A stretch of DNA of 64,000 bases from Amoebophrya sp. A120 (Eukaryota; Protista; Dinoflagellata), in contig CAJINV010000006.1 of assembly GCA_905178155.1 (NCBI GenBank), positions 4,223,760 to 4,287,759 of the forward strand, written 5' to 3'. Shown in pieces: positions 40,701 to 51,600 of the stretch (the stretch's first letter is position 1; each line of letters opens with the position of its first letter). The position numbers and the translations under genes are program-made. The notes under the pieces are model-generated. The model was not told where the DNA came from. It worked only from the letters and a program-made list of their open reading frames with translations, and ran no database searches.

Positions 40701-42912
40701 GCCGCTCTTGAAGCTGCGACAACAACGGGCCTGGTGGTGAAGCACTTCGAGTATTTGGGTCACCGGGTAAAGATGAGCTACAACGTAGGTCGTGCGGGTG
40801 AATCTTCTGTGATGCAAAACAACACTACTACCGGACTGTACAAAACCTGTTCTAGTAGTAACAGCACCGGAATGACGCACGCGTACGCTCTGGTGCAGAA
40901 AATCTCGACGTCGAAGCAGCGGAATGTGGGGAAGCCAAATGGAGCTGCGACATCGCAATCAGCAGGAAGTTTGTCATGCAACAAACCCAACAGCAGCATG
41001 GAGCCCGTCCGAAAAGTCACGGCGCCGTGCTTCCGAATTTTGTGCGCTTACGTGGAGGACATCGTACTGGAGCAGAATGTATCAAATGCAAATTAGGTCT
41101 GGGTCTGGAAGGATGCGAACTTGTAGTGCGCATTTCATAACACACGCAAATCTTTCATGCACAGGCAGCAAAAGATGCCGACTTCCTGTCACCAAAATGG
41201 GGCATTTGTCATGCGGATTAAGCATTGCGGAACCTTCTCGAAACCTCTGATGCTAGGGCGTCCATGTCAGACCTTCTGCGTCATGCAAAAACAGCATGAC
41301 AAAAGTCTGTAGCTCCTAGACGTTGCCTGGCCCGCGAATGACTCCAGGGCAGCCGGATGGCCGTGACCTGGTTATAAAGGGCTCCGTCGATCGATTGCGC
41401 CCCTAGGGCCTTGTGTGCCGGCTACTCCGGATCGCAATCGATGGAGGGCGGGACCTGCACCGGCGACAGGCGCTATCCACCCAACTAACCAACCAACCAA
41501 CCAACCAAAATTCTGCATTCTTCCAGACCCAGACATTTTTGCAATCCATAGAATGCGGATGAAGGTAAGGTTGGAAATGATGACGTTTGTCATGCAGCAC
41601 AGGAAGGGAAAGGAAAAAAGAACGTGTTGACGCCGGAGTTGGTGGAAGCTTTATGCGGTACAACAACTACGACCTCCAGGGCTGCTGCTAGCCGTGTCAG
41701 TGCTGCGACAACTGCGGGTGGAGGAAGTTCCCCGGCAGACGAGATGGATGCATCTATTCATCCAGATGGTCGTGCTGCGGGAGCAAAGACGGCAAATAAC
41801 ATGAACAAGAATCAAGCCGCTACTATAACCCATCCAACAAGTACCTTCCGCGCCGGGGGGAAAACCGGAGCCGGGTTTTTGATGAAGGGAACGAAACAGG
41901 AAGCGGCAAATGATGTAGTTGACCACGGCGCCGGTGTTATCTCTGCCGACCAACAGCTTAATTCCCAACCAGGACGACAAGAAAAGCAAAAAACCATGCC
42001 AACTACAATGACTGTCCCCACAAAACTTCAGGAGATTGACTTCGCTTTCGAGATGTCCAAGCAGATTCGGAAATTTCGGTATTTGAACCACTTGATCAAA
42101 ATCGGCATTGTGAAGTCCATATGAACTGCAAAAGTACCGTACCCGTAGTACTATTGCAACACAAATTAGCTCAGCATGGCAAACGGAATTTGTCATGCTG
42201 ATTTAGCTTGAAAATGAAATTTGTCTTCTGCATGATTGCGATTAGTACGAGTGCGATGCTTTTGCAAAGGATATTCCACCGGGGTGCGGGACGGGTGGAG
42301 CTACTGTACGATTACCGGGCCGATGGTAACTAGTACGAATCGAATGTACAAACAATTTTTCCGGGTGGATATCAAATGTAAAAATGTCTGGGTCTGGAAA
42401 CTTGTGATGCTGGGTGGCGTCTCATGATGAGGCCACAAATGCTGGCTCAGCATGACAAGTTTCTGAGCGTCTAGGTGTTGCCTATTCTGCATGACAAACT
42501 GCGTTCCTGCATCACAGAAAAGTGGAGCTCTTGGGTAACGTGCATGACAGATTTAAGAGTCATGCCAGACAAGCATGACAAACATGCATTCTTCCAGACC
42601 CAGACATATTTAATTTTGATAGTGGATGAGACTTCTTTATTCAACGCGATTAACGACTTTTTCCATCCGCGGGTCGGGGTGGTGACGGGAAGCAGTGGGT
42701 TGGGATTGGCTGGAGCTGGTGGACCGACAAGTAGTGCAAGTGCAACTACAACAACACCAGGAGGGGGCGGGGAGGGGAAGGATATGAAAGCGAGTTGCTG
42801 TGAAAAAATATCCTGTTTGAGCAAAGACAAAATTCAGCAGTTGATTCAGGAGTTCAAAGAACAAGAACCGACAAACGCGGTGGCGACGCTGGATGTGGTT
42901 TCTTCAGCATGA
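37771..42912 (+). CDS. Hypothetical protein, 10 exons; Arg/Ala-rich N-terminus (possible organellar targeting)
   Basis: Introners at 38729-38994, 39076-39365, 39398-39653, 39764-40074, 40183-40332, 40372-40636, 41080-41550, 42120-42273 and 42370-42621. Exons join in frame (e.g. DEELLQRVD|WFFDEIAPDFK; KQFFRVD|ETSLFNAINDFF). No family recognised. Confidence 0.7.
41310..41505 (+). mobile_element. Short retroposon-like fragment with (CAAC)n tail nested in a family A introner
   Basis: About 200 extra bp relative to sibling elements, ending CCAACTAACCAACCAACCAACCAAC and flanked by CAAAAGTCTG/CAAAATTCTG. Confidence 0.6.
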
Positions 42913-43722
42913 GAAACTGAAGATCAGGATGATTGTCGGCGTGACGAGCTACCACGCATGACAAATTCACACACGACCGCGGTGGTACCGACCACAGCGG
43001 AGACGATGGGTTATACTTTTGATTTAAATGTAACTTGACTAGATGAAGAAGAACCCGATTTACAAATGAAACCTAAACGCAAACGGAAGGAATGCGGTTG
43101 AAAAACGTTTCTGTACAACTTTAAATGCACATGGAACAAGCCGTCCGATCATTTTTTCACTGAGAATGCTTACTGTATTACTTACAAATGTACGTCCACA
43201 CTATTGCCGCTTTTGTCAAAAAAATAAGAACTCGCGTCAACGCCGGCGCTCCTCCTGCTGCCGTTCATGATGCAGATTGGTTACGGTCGCCGGTTCGTGC
43301 CGAAGCTTGTTGTTTCTCTCCATTGGGCTTGGGCTTGGCCACGGTTTTCACCGGAAGTAGATCAAGGTCGTTTCCGCTCAGAAAGATCAACTGAACGCTC
43401 AGGAAGACAGGAACTCATTTCACCTTGGATTTTTCAGGCTGGTGATTTTTTGTCAAGAAAAGCGAAACACTCTCTCGGTCTACTCCTCGGTACTCGCATG
43501 GCGTGTAGAAGCTTTCCGGGTGCTGAGTGAGGATTATTCCCATCCGAAGATCCTTCGCAACTGCTTTTCATAGCATTGTTCTTCTAGAGCTGGCGTAAGA
43601 GCGAATGTATGGAAGTCGGTACGGAGCCTTAGCCCCTTATCTTGTCTAACTCTTCTTCAACATTTTGCATTGACTCCTCCATTATTTGCCATGTAGTTTT
43701 TGATACGGTAGCATGAGAAAAA

Positions 43723-44925
43723 ATGGAAGCCAGCGACCAGCTAGCCACAACCGTCTACGACCACCTCCAGGAGGTTCTCCAGTCCATGTACTCGGCGGAG
43801 GAACTTGTCATTGAGAAGAACTTTCCAAACGCCACGACGCACGACACTGATGTTCCCAGTAATTATGTAACAGCCCGACACGAAATTGAAATCCGGATCA
43901 CAGAATCTGGCAACGGAGTCAGCACAGCGTGGTGCCTCCGCATCGGATTTGTTCCTGACACCAGCAGCAAAGACACCAGCGGCGTTTCCTCCGGCCACGA
44001 GAGATGGAATTCGAATTTTGGAAGCTGCGACGTGACCTTGGATATCGACAGTTATGGCAGCACATCATCTGCCGTCGACACAAACAATAACAAGGGTGCT
44101 GGTATCGCTTCAGTTTTTTGCGAGCACTTTCCCCTCGCGGCTGGAGAGGTGACAGCGAGGCCGGAAGGTCAGTCGAGGACTTTTCGGGGACGAGTTCCCG
44201 TAGCCAGCTGCACGGGTCCAACAGGCGTTGAAGAGTTGCAGGATGCGGTCCTTGCGGGAATTCTGGCGGTGCAGGAGGAAGTGCGTAATGTTGAAGCGAT
44301 GCCTGCTCTGTCGGTGGCGCCGGCAGAAGGCAAAAAAACCAGAAGTACAGGCGCCTCTGCTTCTGCAGTATCAGCAGTAGAACACCCTCGTCCCACTGGC
44401 GTAGCCAGTCCCGCACAAGAGGTCTACCGTGCCTTGCTCGAAATCGACCACATGAACGATAGAGACCGATATTTCCAAAACCTGGATTCCCTTGCCGCCC
44501 GGAATAACTGTGAACTATTTATCGCCTACAAGCAGAAACAAGGTCAAGGTGAAATAAATGGGACGACGAGTAGTAGTGCTGAGACCGGTGGGAATGTTGA
44601 CCGTCTGCGGTTTATCAATGTGGTGGTGCAGAGTGTGAAGAATAAAGAGCAAGACGTGAAGGCGTTTTTGAAGGAGTTTCGGGAGGAGTATCTGGATGTG
44701 GACAAAAATGGGAATAAGTGCAAGGAACGGTGCGCGAGTGTGGTGGTTCCCGTGCGGAAAGTGGTTGCGGCGACGGATCCATCTCAGCATGAGCCTCGTG
44801 GTGGTCGCGCTGCGGTGCCGCCGCTTTGCTACAAGTGCATACGGGCAGTCACGACTTTCGAAAACGACACGGGAAGGCAGGCTCTCATTCAGAGGTTATT
44901 TGCGCCATCTGAACAAACTGGATGA
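43723..44925 (+). CDS. RWD-domain protein 3 (RSUME)-like, single exon
   Basis: ALLEIDHMNDRDRY...YLDVDKNGNKCKER resembles the RWDD3 C-terminal signature (LDHM...Y...DVD..G.KCKE). The N-terminus has E.LQSMY, typical of RWD helix 1. Confidence 0.65.
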   Translation: MEASDQLATTVYDHLQEVLQSMYSAEELVIEKNFPNATTHDTDVPSNYVTARHEIEIRITESGNGVSTAWCLRIGFVPDTSSKDTSGVSSGHERWNSNFGSCDVTLDIDSYGSTSSAVDTNNNKGAGIASVFCEHFPLAAGEVTARPEGQSRTFRGRVPVASCTGPTGVEELQDAVLAGILAVQEEVRNVEAMPALSVAPAEGKKTRSTGASASAVSAVEHPRPTGVASPAQEVYRALLEIDHMNDRDRYFQNLDSLAARNNCELFIAYKQKQGQGEINGTTSSSAETGGNVDRLRFINVVVQSVKNKEQDVKAFLKEFREEYLDVDKNGNKCKERCASVVVPVRKVVAATDPSQHEPRGGRAAVPPLCYKCIRAVTTFENDTGRQALIQRLFAPSEQTG

Positions 44926-45697
44926 ACGCAACGACGTTGGACCGTTGCGAAGGGGCGCTTAATGCAATCCGTGCAGGGCGCTGCGCGACATATGCACATC
45001 AAGTGTCCTGCGAATGAAGATCGCTTCAGTGGCCGGAAGTATTCGTGCCAGGATCCGCTTTGCTGGCAAGTTTTGAAGTGTGTGAGCGTCGAAACAACCG
45101 GAATGGACCTGCGACGAAGAATAGGTACTCATTGAAAAACCTCCCGGCATATCAAGCCGAGCGGCCGTGCTTGCTTTGGTCATTGACTTGTTTTCTCAGC
45201 TCTCTTTTCATGGATCTAGAAAAGGTTTGTGAAATCGTATTCATTGGTTGGAAGCCGCCTTGCGTGTTATTGGCTTTCCCGTATCGGCTCTCTCGCTCTG
45301 CTGTTTCTTCCGTATATGAGTGAGACCCATGCGAGCATGCGATTGTTGTGGAGACACAAACTCCTGATTCTTGTCTTGCTGTCGCCGGACTCGGATCGTC
45401 TTGTGCAGACCGTGAAATTGATCGCTCGCAGATCGCTGGTAAAAACATACAGATGATGGCATTTGAGACGAGGGTGTGCACACGATACAGCAGCCAGAGT
45501 AAGATTGACAAAAGCGAGCGGTCAGAAAGAGCGTCGCGTGTCGAAGCTGTTGTGCATGTTCGATGAAGCTATCCGCTTTGTATTGCGTCGGTGAAAAAAG
45601 AGGCAGCAGCGGAGCTGTACCAGGGACTAGGTTCGCCGGAAAAACAAGGGGAATAAACAGTAAATTAATACCATATCTCTTTTGGTCGTTCTAAAAA

Positions 45698-48600
45698 ATG
45701 GGTACAACAACTTCTGCGCCAACTTCTGCGCCAACTTCTGCGCCAACTTCGGAGGCAAGAAATCCTGTCAGTACTGGGTTGAAAGCCTGCGCTTCGGAAA
45801 ACGAGTACGCTTTCAGAGAATTGGCCACTTCAGCAGCAAAACAAAACGACGAGGCAGGAAGAAGTGCAGAAAGTTCGAGCGACGCCAAGAAGAAGGTCTT
45901 CCCGAACGACCCCGACACGGTAGCTCAGGCAATCAATTCTTGGAAGGAACTCACGCCCTCTGGCAGAGTCGATGCAATTAAGAAGGCGAGGGAAGGATTG
46001 GCAAAGAAGGCCGAGTCGGGCGAGCAGGACCAGCCAATAAATTCGAAAAACGAAGTCTGGTTAGGCTTCTTCAACAACGAAAACGAGATCGCGGATTTTA
46101 CAGACGGTAAAACACTCAACATGTACTATCGACCTGGTGCTGTCGGGACTAAGTGTTTCCTGCACTTGCAACTCGACGAGACTGGCCCGGACAAGAAATC
46201 TGTGAGTGCGATTCAGACTGTCCGAGTCGGTGAGCTGGAAGTCGTCAAGACCGAGGTGGCGAAAGAACAACCAGATGCAGAAGGTGGCGGAACCGCCTTC
46301 ACTGAAATCACGCCTTCCTCCTACTACAAATCGCATCAACATTCTGATTCTACTTCTTCCACATCCTCTTCCTCGGATTTCCACCAGCAAAACTTCATCG
46401 AATCCAGCAGCAAAACCTCTTCGCATCAACCGACCAAAAACCTCGAGCTGTTCAACTACTACAAGCAACAACTCTACGACAACAACGCCCTCAACTATTC
46501 CACTACGGAGCTCGCCTTCATCGCCGGGATCATGTCCGTGCTCGCCATGATCGTGGTCGTAAGAAACTGCAGAACTCCTTCTCTTCCTCATTTGAAATGC
46601 ATGACCAGCAACAGAAACACTGGTATGCATGGAGCTTCGGCATGAGGAGTCTATGCTCTGATTGTCGCTACTTCTAGTGAACATTTAGGCGTCCGTCATG
46701 GGTCATCGAGAGTTGTGCCGCTAGAATGCGCGTGACAAATGAGTGCGAAGGGGAGTTCTCCAGTTGTATAAGCCATCATTGTCGTGTACTTCACCACCGA
46801 GTACTGTGCAAAGCGCTTTCAGCGGAACAATACCGGGTTGGCGAAGGAGACGAAGTCGCACAGAAGATCTTCGACGAAGCAGGGTAAGAGAAAGAAAAAC
46901 CGTGGTTCTGGTGCCGAACACCTCCAGAACGAGTATGCGTTGCAAAAATGATGTCTCAGTCTCGAAGAATGCAGCCTGTCATGCGAAGTCTCGACCACAA
47001 CAGAAATCTGTGTTGCGTGAACCCCAAAAGGAGCTGCCTAAGTATTTCTTGCCCAGCAAGAGGCGGACTTCTCATGCAGGATGGGCATGGAGAGTCCCTC
47101 GCAGTAAAATCTGTGATGCTTCTGTGTGCATTCCAGACCATGTGTGTGGTCCCTGAGAGGCATGACAAATCCTGCATCTTTCCAGACCCACGACACGGCA
47201 ACATATTTGCAATGCATAACGGTCTCTCCACCACGATTTCCTGCGGATCCAGCAACACAAGTTCCAGCTCCAATCCAGCTCGTCTGCATACCTCCTTTAT
47301 TGAGGAAGAAGAGGAAAGCCTGCTCTCCTCCCGGTCCGGTGAAAGTGACGTGGACGACGAGTCTGTGGAGTGCAGTAGCGGGGTATGAGAGTGCACAACT
47401 CGAACTTCCCCTCATTTGTAATGCAAAATACCAAAGCCATGCCTTTTGCCTCCAGGCTCTCTCTGCATGACAGAATTCCTCGGGAGCGCAAACAGTACTA
47501 CTACACTAAGCGCATAAAGTTGTCATGCTGTTGGATAGATCGGAATCATAAATGACCTAGTGACGATCAGAAGCATACTACGATGTAAATCGCGATGCAA
47601 ATCTGGTCTGATGTCAAATCCCTCGGGCTTGTAGTGCCCTCGATCTGAAATCCATGATCCTCCTCCGATAGCCGTAGCCATCCTGTTTGTCATGCATATT
47701 GTCCATCCTCTTGATATCTCATCACACCCCTGCAGGTTGCGACTAGTACCCATACTAGTGCGTCGATAACAGATAGTAAACACACAGTGACTCGTAGTCA
47801 CTTAGTACTGCTAGCGCTTGTTCCCATCTCGTTTACCTCTGTTGTTGCTATCGTGCGTCTAGGCTTCTAACAATCTAGTCGCACCTTTATTCAGCCAAAA
47901 TTTTAGTAGTTTTCTTGATGTTTAGAAAACTTGCAACTACAATTTTTACTGATTTTCTTGTGTAGAAAATTTGAAAAACAGCCACTACATCTTGTAAGAT
48001 TTACTTGTAAAATTGCAGAATTAGCATTACAAATTTGAACGCATTTGTTGAAAACGCACCCCCACAACTTCAAGAAGTCTATCTGCAAAATTTAGAAAAG
48101 AAATTAAATGTCATGCAGACATTTTGGTGCTAGTTGCGTAGCTAGAGAACTTGGAAAGCATAGAGATTTGTGCATTTTAGGCGCGAAGTGTTACGGCTCC
48201 AAAGGTTGGAACGTTGAAGACCTTAGCGACCCACAATTTGCAAACTATTTCCACAATCTCGATTGGGATACAAATTGGGAATTTGTATTTAAGCGCGATT
48301 ATTGTTTTCTTTTGAACACAATGGTCGACACTAACCAGGTGGAAAAGTACTCTATTCCGCCCTACGACGGGAATCCGAAGGGATGGTCGGACTGGCGGTT
48401 TAAGGTGCAAGCCTTGTTGCAGATGTTGGGTATCTTGACTTTGATCGAAAACTTCTTGAAAACGCCTTCTATTGACGGATGGAAGGATGACACGAGGGCC
48501 ATCGGTGCGCAGTTCTTCGCTCGCTTGTGCGTGGCGTTGACTGGGGACGCGCTGGAGGTCGTGAAGAAAAAGACAGTCGTTTGCATTAGTACGGCTTGGG

Positions 48601-51600
48601 GTGCGTTGTTGTTGGAATTCGATAAGCGGACCAAATTCGCCCGAATGCGGTCGCTTAAGGATTTACTAACCACCCGGAAGGACAAAGACCAAACGGTAAG
48701 GGAGTTCGTTCAGCGGAAACAAAACATCTTTCGAGATGACCTGGGCGGTGAAGTCTTCCGCAGCGAGTTGATGACTTTCGGATGCTTCTACAACCTCGGG
48801 AACGCCTTCGATTCTTTTATCATGCCGCACGTCATTCAGGACAAGCCGGACAATGATAATTTGTTGAAGTTGGCGGAGGAGTGCGAATCCGTCTTGAAAG
48901 ACGGGGGCACCGAAGAGGACACCGCAAAGCCCGCTTCTCTCAACTTGACGCAGGCCGATCACAAAGCGATCGCTGCTGAAGTTGTTGCGCAGAAGGGGAA
49001 GAAGGGTGGACGCTGGGTCAACAAGAACCAGCACCCGTACAAGAACAACAACCAGAAGAACAACAAGGGCGGCGGAAAAGGAGGCAAGGGAGACCAGCAG
49101 AAGGGAAAAGGCGGCGGTGGAGACAAATCCAAGATCAAATGTCACAAGTGCAAGCAGCTTGGACATGTTCGTAAGGATTGTCCCAACTGACGAAGCTGGC
49201 CGGGTTCCGATGAGAATTGTCAAATTTCTCATGCTGCTAAACGTCGAAAAACCGATGTTGCTAATGTTCATGTTTGTGAAACAGGCTCTACTTCTGGTCA
49301 AAGTAGTAATGTTACATGCAATCAAAAACTACAATCTCCCTCTGTGTACAATGTCGAAGTACTTGAAAGCAAAACAAATGTATTTGAGACAGCACCTATA
49401 TCCAATCAGTGTGTACTTGAGACTGCCTCTATTTCCGATGAAAAAGCATCTATTTGTAAGATTGAAGATTTGCCGTTCGCTCGTGATTCAAAATTAAAAG
49501 GTACTACATGTAAGATTGAAGCTGAAAAATCTCTACTTGATTCCGCTCGTGTTAAGAATGTGAAAGTACCTAAAATGAAAGAAAATCCATTACAAAAAAT
49601 GCCTATTCTGCATGGGGTTTCGCGCTTGTATGATCCTAGCAATTTAAAAAGAAAAGCGAACCCGCATGAGATGGCAAAGAACAAAAATTACGAGGTGGCA
49701 GATTCCGCCCGTAAAGCAGAAGGAAACTGCATGGATTGGACTTATTTTAACTTGTGCAAGTTTGTAGGGGAATCATGCAACGGGGTGAAAGATCAGCAAA
49801 TTTTTGATTTTGCCGATACTCCTAAGGGCTTCACTGTCTTGGTGCATGGTCACCACCAGGGCAGGGACAAGAAAAACGAAAACCAGGAGGCACAAGACTG
49901 GTTTGGTGATTGGTCAAAAGAGCGGGAAAAGGGTCAAACAGATCAAAACGGCGAAAAGTCCGCCGGCGCTGTTTCGTCTTTGACATTTGCACTTTTGTCG
50001 AAGGGAAACGGGAAAAGCGCCCATGGGATTACCATCCGCCCGGATGGTACTCAAACAACGGCAGTTGTTGATAGTGGTGCCTCGCACCACATGACAGGGG
50101 ACTTGAGTTGTTTTCAGATTGTGTTTTGGGATGATCCAGTAACGTTAACGGTTGCCGACCGAACGTTAGACACTCCCGCCTACCGTGGTTACTTCCACCA
50201 TAACTCTTTAGGTTTAATGGGTGGTCTATACCATCCTGACGCAAAGTTGTTTTTGGTGTCGGTAAGTCTTTTGAACGACGAAAATGACTGCCGGGTAGTT
50301 TTTGAGGGGAGAGACGCGCTCTACCTCCAAAAGAAGAAAACAGGTTTCAAAATTCCGATGCGCCGGGACACTTTAACAAATTTGCCGCAAATAGACTTTG
50401 CGTTTCACAGCTTGAGCGAGCTGGATACGGCTGGCGATTTACAAAACGGAAAGAGCCGGGCCGCGTGGTCCGAGCCAGCATTTGTGAATCTGACTCGTGC
50501 CGATCGTCTTCGACAACATGAAAGGTTTGGGCACTTTCATATTGACGGTCTTGAATATGGACGCTGTCCGTTGTGTGACTTAGCGAAGTCGAGGCAAGAA
50601 GGGTGTAAGTCAGAACGTCCGGAGCACTGTAAGCCAAAGGCTTGGCTAGATCAAGTGGATTGGGATCATACCTACGGTTATCCTTTGGGTCTTGATGGGG
50701 AGAAATTTCTTTTGTCAGGGGTGGAGACATTCCATGGCTGGGTAGAGAATTATCCTCACCGGGAAAAGGATGAAGCGTGGAAAGGTCTGCGTGAGTGGTG
50801 TTTAGAAGTTGGAAAGCCCAAACGGGTGAGAAGCGATAACGATCCTACTTTTCGAGGCGAGAAAAGTGACTGGAGAAAGTATTGCTTGAAGCAGAGTCCT
50901 CCGATCGAGCCAACTACGTCTGCGCCGTTTACGCCGCAACGTAATGGAGTCGTGGAACGGTGGAACCAAACTTCGAAAAATGCCCTGCGGGCGAATATGA
51001 TCGGGGTTGATCCTCGTCTTTGGCCATATTGTTCAAAGTATATAGCCTGGACTTGGAATCGGTTAGCCCGGAAAGAGCAAAAGAGTCCATTTGAAAAAGT
51101 TCACGATCGCGCGCCTTCGCTCAAGTATTTCAAGAAATTCGGAGTCCTTTGCTATGCTCGGAAGCACGTTACGAAATCGACGGACTTAGGTGCGCTCGAT
51201 GTTCGGTATGAACGTGGGGCATTCTTGGGGTATTCGAAAAACTCTTGCTATTTAGTGGGTGTTTGGCGTGACGACAAACGAACGAAAGTTGGATTAAGGT
51301 TCACTGTGATCGAAAATAGATCCTGCAAGTTTGACGAATCTTGTACGATCGCCGACATTGACGATCTTCGCGAAAAGAACCGTGGCACCTTTGTACCCTT
51401 TGCCGCACCCGACAAATTGCGTGTGTCGAACATGCCTGATCCGTTGGTGGCTCCCTCGGGAAGTCATGAGCCCGATCAGGATGCTCCGCGTGACCAGGGT
51501 GATTCGGGGCCCAATGGGGCTACTGGAGACCAACAGGTCGAGGAAGGGGGCAAAGCAGTGGAAGGGGGCAAAGAGGAAAGTGCTGCGCAAGCAGAGGAAG

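Noticed and set aside
45698-46645. Complete single-exon 315-aa gene
   Set aside because: The last ~28 codons belong to a degenerate introner (46560-46770), and the frame resumes after it.
47672-47681. Dinoflagellate spliced-leader relic in the LTR (CCGTAGCCAT)
   Set aside because: Only 10 nt match and the diagnostic 3' half TTTGGCTCAAG is absent. This is plausible by chance in 64 kb.
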